Below, in pieces: positions 1-8,804 of a stretch of DNA of 32,296 nucleotides; position 1 is the stretch's first letter; each line of letters starts with the position of its first letter. A program made the translations under genes and the position numbers. Origin of the DNA: Gemmataceae bacterium. Lineage in GTDB: Bacteria; Planctomycetota; Planctomycetia; Gemmatales; Gemmataceae. The stretch spans positions 1 through 32,296 of the forward strand of contig JBGQCZ010000001.1 of NCBI GenBank assembly GCA_041495645.1, written 5' to 3'. The notes beneath the pieces are model-generated. The model was given only the letters and a program-made list of their open reading frames with translations, ran no database searches and was not told the origin of the DNA.

Positions 1-947
1 ATCGCGGCTGCAATGGCTACACCGCCACCCAAGGCATCGCCGAGCTGCGCGAGCGCCTTCAGGCCGATTTGAATGCGCGCTATCCGGGTTCGGATCGCGC
101 GCATGTTGTTACCAGCGGCACGAGCGGCGGCCTGATGCTCGCCATGTTGGCCACGGTGAATCCCGGCGACGAGGTCATTGCCCTCGACCCGTACTTTGTC
201 TCGTATCCCAACTTGATCGCGCTGTGCGGCGCGCAAATGGTCACGGTGGATACGCACCCGTCATTTGCGATCGATTTGAATCGTTTGGCCGACGCCATCA
301 CGCCGCGAACCAAGGCCATTCTCGTCAACAGCCCGTCCAATCCGTCCGGCGTCGTCATTCCGCCGCAGACATTGCGCGATTTGGCCCAACTGGCGGCGAA
401 GCGCCGGGTCTTGCTCATCAGCGACGAAATCTATCACTCGTTCAGCTACGACGCGCCGTTCCACAGCCCGGCAGAGTTCAATCCCGATGTGTTGGTGATT
501 GACGGTTTCGGCAAGAGTTACGGCATGACCGGTTGGCGCATGGGCTTCGCTCATGGGCCCAAGCGGGTGATTGAAGAGATGACCAAGCTGCAGCAATTCA
601 CGTTTGTGTGCGCCCCGAACATGGCTCAACACGCGACCCTGGCAGCTCTGGACTTTGACGTGTCGAATATCGCGGCCGATTATCGCCGCAAGCGGGATCG
701 AATTTGCGCCGGGCTCAAAGGCCGCTACGAATTCACGACTCCCGGCGGAGCGTTTTATTTGTATCCGAAGACCAGACGCGGCGCCGGAACGGCATTCGTC
801 GAAGAGGCGATTCGCAACAATCTCCTGCTGATTCCTGGCAAGACCTTTAGTCGCCACGATTCCCACTTCCGCGTGAGCTATGCGGCCACCGACGAAACAA
901 TTGATCGGGGAATTGAAATTCTTTGCCGGCTTGCGGACTCGTATTAG
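1..947 (+). CDS. Class I/II PLP-dependent (aspartate-type) aminotransferase, 5'-truncated by the window edge
   Basis: Frame 3 is open from base 3 (RGCNGYTATQGIAELRERLQ...) upstream of the track's TTG at 69, so the gene enters from outside the window. It has the NSPSNPSG motif and the PLP-lysine box GFGKSYGMTGWRMGF. Stop TAG at 945-947. Confidence 0.85.
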   Translation, partial: RGCNGYTATQGIAELRERLQADLNARYPGSDRAHVVTSGTSGGLMLAMLATVNPGDEVIALDPYFVSYPNLIALCGAQMVTVDTHPSFAIDLNRLADAITPRTKAILVNSPSNPSGVVIPPQTLRDLAQLAAKRRVLLISDEIYHSFSYDAPFHSPAEFNPDVLVIDGFGKSYGMTGWRMGFAHGPKRVIEEMTKLQQFTFVCAPNMAQHATLAALDFDVSNIAADYRRKRDRICAGLKGRYEFTTPGGAFYLYPKTRRGAGTAFVEEAIRNNLLLIPGKTFSRHDSHFRVSYAATDETIDRGIEILCRLADSY

Positions 948-1234
948 GGACGCGTTTGCGCTATTGCCAAATTGCCAAATGTACGGATGAACATATATGC
1001 GGGCCGTCCCGAAGCCGGATCGTTACAGACTCCGGATTGACGGAATCGGAAGTTGCGGCAAAATAGCGGTAGTGAAGGATCACGTTCGCTTATCCGGGGT
1101 ACGCTCCCTCCCAATGCGCCCCTTTGAAACGCCTCTGCCAGCGAATGGGTTCGCGCCCCTTGGATTTTTTTCGACCCTGGTCTTCTCTCGACACACCCGG
1201 CTGGGTTTCCGGCCGGCCGGAAAGGAACGCGGGT

Positions 1235-3814
1235 ATGACGCAGTTGTTGCGGTCGGCCATTTTGGCCGGGCTGGTGTTGGCGATTCTGGGCACGAACTTA
1301 GGCCAGGCGGCTGACGAAAAAGCCAAGCCCAAGACCTATGTCGTCTTGGTTGGCATTGGTGGATTCGCCGACCCGGCGATTCAGGCCCGGCCCACGGCGG
1401 AAAACGACGCCAAGGCCCTCTACGACCTGTTCCTGTCAGACAAATACCTGGGGGTGGACAAAGCCGACATGCGGCTGATCCTGGGAAGCGATGGCAAGGC
1501 CGCGACGAAAGAGAACATCGTCCAAGCATTCAAATGGGCGGCGGAGAAGGCCGACAAGAACGACATGGTGATCTTCGGCCTATTTGGCCGCGGAGCTCCG
1601 GTCGGCGACCGCACCTGTTTCTTCCTGCCCGCCTCGACCGTCAAGGATCGAAGCAAAGACGCGCTGCAAGCCGCCGATCTCGAACAGGAAATTGTCAAGA
1701 TCAAGAGCGAAAAGATCCTCGCCCTGGTGGACATCGACTACAAGGGTTTCACCACTAACAAACTGTCGCTCGCCGAACCCAACCTCTTGGACATGGTCAA
1801 AGTATTCGTGGGTGAGGAGGACGCCGAAGAACATCAATTGCCGCCGGGACGAATCATCTTTCTAGCCAGCAACACGGTGGCCAAACACATCGACACCGCG
1901 GACCACGGCCTTTTCGCCAAAACCGTTCTTGAGGCGCTGCGCGGCAAGGCCGACACCGAAGGCTACGAGCCGGACGGCGTGGTCACCGTTGACGAACTGC
2001 AACAGTATCTGGACACCCAGGTCATCGCCCAGGCCCGCGTGTTGGGCAAGACGCGCGAGGAAAAAGAACAGACCCCGCTCGTATGGGGCACGCGCTCCAA
2101 CCGCTTCGTTCTGACGAAGAACCCGGAGATCGCGGCAAAAACCGAGGCACGGCTCGCGAGTCTCGCAAAGGTAGATTTGCCGAATGACGTTCTCGCGGAA
2201 GGCAGCAAGTTGATCGGCCGGATGCCGAAGCTCAAGGCCCAGCAGGAACTACGCAAGAACTTCGTCAAGCTCGCGGACGGCGCGCTGAAGCCCGATGAAT
2301 TCACCGAAGCGCGCAAGAAGATTCAAGCGGAAATGAAGTTGGATAAAGAAGAGGCCGAGGCGTTTGCCCGCAAGACGCTGTCGGGCCTCGAAAGAGTCCA
2401 GCGCCGGTACGTCAAGGATTTGCTTCTGGGTGAGATGGTGCAATGGGCCGTCAAGGGCATGTACAAGGGCCTGGATGAGAAAGTCCCTGCCGACGTTCAA
2501 GCTCAATTGAACGACGCCCGAACCATGCGCCGCGGACAATTGGCCGACCTTCTCGCCGACGCCCGCGAAAGACTTGGCAAGCGCGAGGATCTGGAAAAAA
2601 ACAAAGACGTTGACTTGGCGATGAAGCGGATGATGTTCAACCTCGATCCGTACACGACCTATTACGACGAGGAAGCCATCGCCCAGATGCAAAGCCAGAT
2701 GACCGGGCAGTTCACCGGCATCGGCGTGCAAATCCGCCGCGACATGGTCCGCGACGGGCTTATGGTTATCACGCCAATCAAGGGCAGCCCTGCTTACAAA
2801 GCGGGCCTAAAGGCCGGCGACCTTATTACCGAAATGATTCGCCCGGTGGACAACAAGGGCAAACCCCTTGACCCGCCCGAAGTCATCAGCACCAAGGGCA
2901 TGAAGACCGATGAAGCGGTTAAGAAGATCCTCGGCCAACCGCGCACCGACGTCATTATCAAGGTCGAGCGCGAAGGCCACGATAAGCCCATTGAATTCAA
3001 GCTATCGCGTGCCCGCGTGGATGTGGAAACCGTCCTGGGCGTCAAGCGCAAGGACGACGATTCCTGGGACTTCACCATCGACAAGCAAAACAAGATTGCT
3101 TACATCCGCCTGACTCAGTTCTCACCGCGGTCGTTTGAGGATATGCAGGACGCCGTCAAGGCATTGGACAAGGACGGGATCAAGGGAATGATCTTGGACC
3201 TGCGCTACAATCCAGGTGGATTGTTGACTTCCGCCATCCAAATCTCCGATCTGTTCATCGACGACGGCTTGATCGTCACGATCAAGCCGCGCTCCACCGT
3301 GGGTGACGAGATTCCTTACATTGGCAAACACAGCGGCAGTTACTTGAAGTTTCCGATGGTTTGCATGGTGAATGGGATGAGCGCCAGCGGCAGCGAAATT
3401 GTCGCCGGTTGCTTGCAAGACCATCAACGCGCAATGATCCTCGGCGAACGCAGCTATGGCAAGGGCAGCGTGCAAGACATCGAGGATTTCGGGGCGACCA
3501 ATGCCAAGATCAAGTTGACCACCGCTACGTTTTGGCGGCCCAACGGCAAGAATCTCAACAAATCCAGCACATCGGGCAAGGATGAGGACGAATGGGGCGT
3601 GCGGCCCGACGAAGGGTACAACGTACCGATGACCCGAGCCGAGCGCGACGCTCTGTTCGAATATCTGCACGATCAGGAGATCATTCCCAATCGCGAGTTG
3701 AAGCCGAAGGAACCGAAATCGGAAGTGAAGGACAAGCAACTCGACTCGGCGCTCGAGTATCTGAGGTCGCAGATCAAGCCTACCGGCGGCGCGGCCGCCA
3801 AGAAAAACGGCTAG
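1235..3814 (+). CDS. Secreted multidomain protease: N-terminal caspase-like (C14-fold) domain, helical linker, PDZ domain and S41 C-terminal-processing peptidase domain
   Basis: ATG at 1235 is preceded by aaagga and followed by a signal-peptide-like MTQLLRSAILAGLVLAILGTNLGQAA. PDZ-like GIGVQIRRD...ITPIKGSPAYKAGLKAGDLI. S41 motifs GMILDLRYNPGGLL, VNGMSASGSEIVAG (Ser) and ERSYGKGSVQ (Lys). The N-terminal YVVLVGIGGF...NDAKALYDLF pattern is caspase-like. Confidence 0.8.
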   Translation: MTQLLRSAILAGLVLAILGTNLGQAADEKAKPKTYVVLVGIGGFADPAIQARPTAENDAKALYDLFLSDKYLGVDKADMRLILGSDGKAATKENIVQAFKWAAEKADKNDMVIFGLFGRGAPVGDRTCFFLPASTVKDRSKDALQAADLEQEIVKIKSEKILALVDIDYKGFTTNKLSLAEPNLLDMVKVFVGEEDAEEHQLPPGRIIFLASNTVAKHIDTADHGLFAKTVLEALRGKADTEGYEPDGVVTVDELQQYLDTQVIAQARVLGKTREEKEQTPLVWGTRSNRFVLTKNPEIAAKTEARLASLAKVDLPNDVLAEGSKLIGRMPKLKAQQELRKNFVKLADGALKPDEFTEARKKIQAEMKLDKEEAEAFARKTLSGLERVQRRYVKDLLLGEMVQWAVKGMYKGLDEKVPADVQAQLNDARTMRRGQLADLLADARERLGKREDLEKNKDVDLAMKRMMFNLDPYTTYYDEEAIAQMQSQMTGQFTGIGVQIRRDMVRDGLMVITPIKGSPAYKAGLKAGDLITEMIRPVDNKGKPLDPPEVISTKGMKTDEAVKKILGQPRTDVIIKVEREGHDKPIEFKLSRARVDVETVLGVKRKDDDSWDFTIDKQNKIAYIRLTQFSPRSFEDMQDAVKALDKDGIKGMILDLRYNPGGLLTSAIQISDLFIDDGLIVTIKPRSTVGDEIPYIGKHSGSYLKFPMVCMVNGMSASGSEIVAGCLQDHQRAMILGERSYGKGSVQDIEDFGATNAKIKLTTATFWRPNGKNLNKSSTSGKDEDEWGVRPDEGYNVPMTRAERDALFEYLHDQEIIPNRELKPKEPKSEVKDKQLDSALEYLRSQIKPTGGAAAKKNG

Positions 3815-3817
3815 AAT

Positions 3818-3858
3818 CCGCCGCTTGCGGTTTTGCGCTCGACGCAAGCCGCAGGCGG
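3818..3858. terminator. Hairpin between convergent genes (candidate bidirectional terminator)
   Basis: gcttgcg (3823-3829) pairs with cgcaagc (3843-3849). An outer ccgcc (3818-3822) pairs with ggcgg (3854-3858). It lies between the stop at 3814 (+) and the stop at 3870 (-). There is no clean U-tract. Confidence 0.35.
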
Positions 3859-3869
3859 CCAGATGTTTG

Positions 3870-4865
3870 TTATCGCGTCCCAATTCTAAGCAACACTTTG
3901 CCGCCGCGCGCATTGCTTTGTACATGCTTGGCAGCCTCGCGGATCTGCTCCATCGGATACGTGCCCGCTACGTCGATCTTGAAAGTGCCTTCACGCATCA
4001 GGCGCTTGACCAGTTTGAACACGCCAAGCATCGTGAGAATTCCTTGCCTCGGCATCCAATCCGAAAGCCAAAATCCGTCGATTCGAGTGCTGAAGGTGAT
4101 CATCAAACGCGGATCGGCTTCGATCGGTTGGCCAGAAAGCAGCCCATACAGCAAAGCCCGGCCGTGGAGACCGAGGCAGCGCACGGCCGTCGTACCGGTC
4201 TTTCCGCCCACTGCATCCAGTACAAAAGGCACACCACGGCCTACGGTGATATCCTTGACTCGCTCTTCGATCGGTTCATCAGTTTCGTTTAGACACACAT
4301 CACCACCGTATCGCTTCAATTCCTCGGCATGTTCGCGGCGGCGGACCACGTTGATCGTCTTGAAGCCGTAGAGCTTTCCGAGCCGAATGACCATTTTCCC
4401 AAGCGCGCTGCCGGCCGCGGTCTGCAACAGCCAGCTTCCCGGCGGCACCTTGAGCACATGGCGAACCATGGCGACTGCCGTGACCGGGTTCACAAAGAAC
4501 ATCGACGCTTGTTCGTCCGGTATGTCATCGGGCACCGGCACCACGTGCTTTGCGGGCACGACGCACGATTCCTGCCAGGTTCCGCCTTTGGCGTTAATCA
4601 GCGCGACGCGTTTTCCTTTGCGCAGCCGGGCAAGCAATCCGCCGCCCGCCGCCTCAACCACGCCCACGCCCTCGAATCCGGGCGTGGCCGGAAGATTGGG
4701 CAGGCGTCCGTAGCGGCCTTCGATGGTGAGCAGGTCGGAGGGATTGATGGGCGCGGCGAGCATGCGAACGCGAACCTGGCGGAGTCCGGGCTCTGGCGCA
4801 GGCACTTCGCGGATTTGCAAGACTTCGGCGGGATCGCCGTGCCGATCGAGAACAATTGCTTTCAT
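3870..4865 (-). CDS. Medium-chain dehydrogenase/reductase (zinc-independent quinone oxidoreductase / 2-enoyl thioester reductase-like)
   Basis: ATG start. N-terminus MKAIVLDRHGDPAEVLQIREVPAPEPG...PINPSDLLTIEGRYG is typical of ETR/QOR-type MDRs. Nucleotide-binding stretch LLQTAAGSALGKMVIRLGK. Confidence 0.8.
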   Translation of the reverse strand: MKAIVLDRHGDPAEVLQIREVPAPEPGLRQVRVRMLAAPINPSDLLTIEGRYGRLPNLPATPGFEGVGVVEAAGGGLLARLRKGKRVALINAKGGTWQESCVVPAKHVVPVPDDIPDEQASMFFVNPVTAVAMVRHVLKVPPGSWLLQTAAGSALGKMVIRLGKLYGFKTINVVRRREHAEELKRYGGDVCLNETDEPIEERVKDITVGRGVPFVLDAVGGKTGTTAVRCLGLHGRALLYGLLSGQPIEADPRLMITFSTRIDGFWLSDWMPRQGILTMLGVFKLVKRLMREGTFKIDVAGTYPMEQIREAAKHVQSNARGGKVLLRIGTR

Positions 4866-4940
4866 GACGCTCGCGGGATCCTAAGAGATGGAGGGGCACA
4901 CGCAAGCATTATCGAAATGGGACGAACAGGTCAAGCAAAC

Positions 4941-5825
4941 TCAATCCACGATGCGGTTGCGGCCGGCGCGCTTGGCTTGATAGAGCTTTTCGTCCGCCCG
5001 GCGAACCATTTCCTTGGTGCTAAGGGATTCGTCGCCCGTGGTGCAACAAATGCCCATACTGACCGTTATGTGGAATTCCGACTCTTCGAATCGAAAGAGG
5101 CGTTGTTCGATGCTCGATCGAATGCGCTCGGCCACTTCGATCGACTGTTGTCGGTTCGTTTCGACCAACACCAACGCGAATTCCTCGCCGCCATACCGTG
5201 AAAACAGATCCTCGCGGCGCACAATCGCTTTCACGCAGGCAGCAAGCTCGCGCAAGGCGAAATCGCCGGCCAAATGGCCCAGTTGATCGTTGACGTTTTT
5301 GAACCAATCGATGTCGAACATGACCAGCGCCAAGGGGCGGGCGTGCCGGTTCGAACGGACCAATTCGCGGTCGAGAAACTCCAACATCGATCGTTGATTG
5401 TGAGTTTGAGTCAGCGCGTCGATGATGGTGAGACGGTAAATCTCTTCGTGGTACTCGGTTTCCACATTGCCGCCCACGAGGAAGCGATAGATGCAATTGC
5501 CCACGCGCACGTAGTCGCCGTCGTGAAGAGCGGCGTTTCCGCGGATCATGACGTCGTTCACGAACGTGCCGTTGGTGCTGCCCACGTCCGTCAGCATGAC
5601 TCCATCCGGGCTGGGATCGATGCGGGCGTGCTTGCGCGACACCGAATGATCCTGAATGCGAATCTCGCAATCCTCGCCGCGGCCGATCAACAGCGGTTTG
5701 TCCGAAAGCGGGTAGCGCGAACCCATGTTCGAACCGGTCGGGTAAATATGGATGAAGCACGCATTGCTATTGGACATGGGTCGGCGAAGTGGGGTGACCC
5801 AAGTTTCCGTTGTGGGCTTTTCCAT
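4941..5825 (-). CDS. FHA domain-containing diguanylate cyclase (FHA-GGDEF)
   Basis: FHA signature LLIGRGEDCEIRIQDHSVSRKHARI...STNGTFVN. GGDEF domain with active-site GGEEF and an upstream RRED (RxxD I-site) in VRREDLFSRYGGEEF. The start is uncertain: ATG at 5825 or ATG at 5777. The track's 5951 start looks like an over-extension. Confidence 0.8.
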   Translation of the reverse strand: MEKPTTETWVTPLRRPMSNSNACFIHIYPTGSNMGSRYPLSDKPLLIGRGEDCEIRIQDHSVSRKHARIDPSPDGVMLTDVGSTNGTFVNDVMIRGNAALHDGDYVRVGNCIYRFLVGGNVETEYHEEIYRLTIIDALTQTHNQRSMLEFLDRELVRSNRHARPLALVMFDIDWFKNVNDQLGHLAGDFALRELAACVKAIVRREDLFSRYGGEEFALVLVETNRQQSIEVAERIRSSIEQRLFRFEESEFHITVSMGICCTTGDESLSTKEMVRRADEKLYQAKRAGRNRIVD

Positions 5826-5976
5826 CCGAGAGACCCCGCGCGGCGAGAGCACGAAAACTGGGGATCCGCAAGCTCGATACCGTTTTCCTATTAACTGAGT
5901 GTAGTTTACGGGAATCCGCATCGCAAACAAATGCCAACGGCGGCCACGCATGGGCCGCCGTCAAATTCGCCGCAGT

Positions 5977-7506
5977 TCACGGCCGAATCTGTACCGACGT
6001 GCTCTTAATTCCGATTAGGTGGCCTTCAGGCTTGGTCAAATCGATCAGCTGCGGTTCGGGCGATTTCACCTCGCCGATATTGCCCGCTAGGTCCCGCGCG
6101 GTCACCCGAACGAACACCCGGTACGGCAGTCGTTGCGACAGCTTCCACGCGTACGATCCCGAGTTCGGCACGTTTTGGGCGATCGGCACCCACGGGCCTT
6201 CCTTGTTGGTTGAGTATTCCAGCGAGATTGGATTCGACGCCAAGTTTTTGTCCGCGGCATTCCAGCGCAAGATCAGCGTTTCGCGGTTATTCGGATCGGG
6301 GGCCGGCGCGTACAGTTCGAGATACGGCGGCGACAGATCTACCTCGATTCGCAGTTCCGGAGCATCGCCCGGCAGCGGCGTGCCTTTGCTCAAACCCGCT
6401 CCGCTCTCCACGACGAGCCGAAAACCGAATACGCCTTCGCCCGGCAGATTGGCGGCGATGGGCGATTGCAAGTCCTTGTGATCGGCAAGTTCTTCCCAGC
6501 TGCGGCCATCGTCACGGGTCATGTAGAGTTTGATGCTCTTCACGCCGGACGGACCGACTTTGGGAACTTCGTAGTCCAAACTGATCTGAGTGCTGTTGAT
6601 GAGTTGCGTGTTGCGCATCTCCTGCCGCGGCGCCGGTGCGGATCCGCCGGCGTGCGTACTGGTAGCTAACGGCGACGAACCCGAAGTCGTTTCGCGCACG
6701 GGTTCGCTGCGAGTAACCGGAGCACTTGGAGTCTCGGTCCGCAAAGGCGGCGGTACGTCACGAATGGGCGGCGGCGGCCCATCGATCGGCGGAATCATTA
6801 CTCCGGACGGCGGTGGCGGGAGCGACGAAACGTTCGACGGCATGGGCAACTGCGGTGCCGAAGACGGCGGTGTGGCCCCGCCGGCTAACGCGACCTGGCC
6901 AATGGTTTGCGTGGTTTGTGCCTGATTTCCAGCCGCATCCTGAATCATCATGCGCACTTGAACGGCGCCCGCAACGCCCGGCCGGAACCGCGCCTGGCCC
7001 GATAGCGCCGGACTGATTTGCACCGGCTGCCATTGTCCTACTGGATCGCCCGCCGGCCGATATTCCAGCCGCAAACTATTCAATTCCGGATACTGTTCCT
7101 GAATCTCCCACACCAGCGTGCAATCGTCGCCGATCTTGTCGGCCCCGCTGATTTTCAGAATCGGCGGCTGCGTGTCGATGAGAACCATCAGACCCGGCTT
7201 TAGCTGATTCAAATCCGGCGGATCGCGCCGTCCGTTTTGGTCGATGATGCACACCTGGAACCAATAGATCCCGTCTTCCTTCGCATAGAACGGGAAGAAC
7301 TGCTTGTCCGGCGTGGCCCACGCTTCCTGTTTCCAGGTCTTGCCCTGGTCGCTGGAGACGAAGAGCATCAACTCGCGGACCTGTTGCGGCCGGTTCAAGA
7401 CGATCGGGATTTGAATCGCCCGATCCTTCATCGGCATGATTTCCGGCGGCAATGCTCCCGCCGTCAGCGACAGCAATCCCGCCAAAGCCATTGTTCCGGC
7501 GCCCAT
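5977..7506 (-). CDS. Secreted protein with four beta-rich domains (A-B / Pro-rich linker / A-B); function unknown
   Basis: ATG at 7506 is preceded by ggggag with a 7-nt spacer and followed by hydrophobic MGAGTMALAGLLSLTAGA. Asp-box-like SSDQGKTW and TRDDGRSW motifs. Paired segments LVWEIQEQYPELNSLRLEYRP...DAAGN and LILRWNAADKNLASNPISLEYS...RDLAGN. The Pro-rich linker maps to about 6619-6879. Confidence 0.7.
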   Translation of the reverse strand: MGAGTMALAGLLSLTAGALPPEIMPMKDRAIQIPIVLNRPQQVRELMLFVSSDQGKTWKQEAWATPDKQFFPFYAKEDGIYWFQVCIIDQNGRRDPPDLNQLKPGLMVLIDTQPPILKISGADKIGDDCTLVWEIQEQYPELNSLRLEYRPAGDPVGQWQPVQISPALSGQARFRPGVAGAVQVRMMIQDAAGNQAQTTQTIGQVALAGGATPPSSAPQLPMPSNVSSLPPPPSGVMIPPIDGPPPPIRDVPPPLRTETPSAPVTRSEPVRETTSGSSPLATSTHAGGSAPAPRQEMRNTQLINSTQISLDYEVPKVGPSGVKSIKLYMTRDDGRSWEELADHKDLQSPIAANLPGEGVFGFRLVVESGAGLSKGTPLPGDAPELRIEVDLSPPYLELYAPAPDPNNRETLILRWNAADKNLASNPISLEYSTNKEGPWVPIAQNVPNSGSYAWKLSQRLPYRVFVRVTARDLAGNIGEVKSPEPQLIDLTKPEGHLIGIKSTSVQIRP

Positions 7507-8163
7507 GCTTGATCTCCCCGTTTCACCGGACGAGCGCGTGCCTTCCCCCGAAAACACCGCCCGCGCGTGGCCGAACCTTCCGGTTGTATCGGCAATATCG
7601 ACCACGCCGGCCGAGAACTTCACAAAAACCCGAAGCGGCGGCGGAATCTCTAAAGCCTTGCTGTCCGCACCATCCCGAAGATCCAAAAAGCGTGCATTTG
7701 CGTGCATTTTCACATTCGGAGCCGAGCCACCAATCGTCCAGAACTCCTTATTCGACCAAGAATTGCGCCGCCCCCCCGATGCCTGCAAAAACTTTACGCG
7801 TTTGCACGCCCGCACGTACGCACTCGCGGTGGTGGTGCCGGCTGGCGCGAAGCTTTGCGTCATCTTTCCAAACATCGAACCGACGCGGAATGCCGCCCTG
7901 GAGCCCATCATGATCGATCCCTCCGCAGAGCGCGCACTATTGGGCGCTTAATTTCCCGACATATTATACACAAGTACACTTATTTGACTTTTTTGAGGCT
8001 TGCACAACAACCCCGTTTTGCGCAATAAGTCCGGGGCCTGCACAATAACTCGGTCGAACTGCGCGCGCCGATCCCCCACCAAATTGGCCAATTTCAGCTC
8101 AAGAAACCAAGCCCCGGAAGTCGTTATCTGCGCTACGGTTACAACAATGCGCAAAGAATTGGA

Positions 8164-8192
8164 TTGACATAAGTACATACCATCATTAGAAT
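8164..8192 (+). promoter_or_regulatory. Candidate sigma70-type promoter P1 (TTGACA-17 nt-TAGAAT)
   Basis: TTGACA at 8164-8169, a 17-nt spacer taagtacataccatcat, and TAGAAT at 8187-8192. It sits in the AT-rich gap upstream of the 8334 gene and points toward it. Confidence 0.4.
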
Positions 8193-8216
8193 TACGACGG
8201 CAGGAAAGAAAAGGTG

Positions 8217-8245
8217 TTGACCTGAACATTTAATGTACATACGAT
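8217..8245 (+). promoter_or_regulatory. Candidate sigma70-type promoter P2 (TTGACC-17 nt-TACGAT)
   Basis: TTGACC at 8217-8222, a 17-nt spacer, and TACGAT at 8240-8245. It shares a GTACATAC core with P1, inside the P1 spacer and running into the P2 -10 element. Confidence 0.3.
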
Positions 8246-8333
8246 AGGATATTTTTTTCCGAACTAAATAGTGGTTCGGGTGTCGAATATGCACCATGAG
8301 CAACAAGTCGAGATCGTTCGGGGCTGATAAGCG

Positions 8334-8792
8334 ATGAAGCCAGTTCTTCAGGCACTGGTGCTTGCCGAACATGTTTATACAGACGTGTCCGGAAAGAAGA
8401 TTATTGCGGGCACCTTCAACATCATCAACATTCGTCGCTTTAGTCCCGAGCAAGTAAAGGCGGGTCAGAATGTGCTTGCCCAACAGATGGGTTCGCCGTG
8501 GGCCTATTTGAGTCTGACCGATGTTGTTGACAAGACCAAAATCGCGTTGCAGTTTGTCAACGTATCAACGCATGCGGTGCTATTTCATACGGAGATTCAG
8601 ATTCTCAATCAGGATCGGCTTGCAACGGTTGAAATCGTCATGCCGCTGCCTCAATTGATGCTTTTTATGTCTGGGCCTGGAACGTATTCGCTCGACGCTC
8701 TTTGGGAGGGCGAACCCCTCGGGTCGCATCGGATTGACGCCAAAGATGTTCATAGCGACGAGAAACCGCCGTCAAACAATGGAACCAAATGA
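8334..8792 (+). CDS. Hypothetical 152-aa protein, first gene of an apparent three-gene operon with hicB-hicA
   Basis: ATG start in an ORF within the AT-richer islet. The stop at 8790-8792 is only 12 nt before the hicB ATG. The sequence looks beta-rich (MKPVLQALVLAEHVYTDVSGKKIIAGTFNI...). It vaguely recalls DUF6941-type proteins, but that is unverified. Confidence 0.65.
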   Translation: MKPVLQALVLAEHVYTDVSGKKIIAGTFNIINIRRFSPEQVKAGQNVLAQQMGSPWAYLSLTDVVDKTKIALQFVNVSTHAVLFHTEIQILNQDRLATVEIVMPLPQLMLFMSGPGTYSLDALWEGEPLGSHRIDAKDVHSDEKPPSNNGTK

Positions 8793-8804
8793 AGGGTATT
8801 TATC

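Noticed and set aside
947-1234. Possible riboswitch or ncRNA in the 288-nt gap upstream of the S41 protease gene (attgccaa x2, small hairpins)
   Set aside because: I could not recognise any known riboswitch core or a convincing conserved structure by eye. The track ORFs here (997..1314, 1090..1332) have no coding features.
7507-7911. 135-codon N-terminal extension of the 5977..7911 ORF, and overlapping plus-strand ORFs 7436..7951, 7452..7913 and 7702..8028
   Set aside because: An internal ATG at 7506 has a good SD (ggggag) and is followed by a signal-like hydrophobic segment. The extension and the overlapping ORFs have non-protein-like, Arg/Ala/Pro/Ser-rich composition. That leaves a GC-rich non-coding leader of about 440 nt that I cannot explain further.
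8289-8327. 12-codon uORF (MHHEQQVEIVRG*) ending 6 nt before the 8334 ATG, preceded by a ccgaac/gttcgg hairpin
   Set aside because: It is too short and lacks an RBS, so it cannot be distinguished from chance. I note it only as a possible leader peptide.
8139-8483. 114-aa minus-strand ORF, plus the 93-aa ORF at 7948..8229, in the AT-rich gap
   Set aside because: They overlap the promoter-like region and the start of the 152-aa gene. Open frames here are not matched by any motif or RBS. They are probably non-coding.
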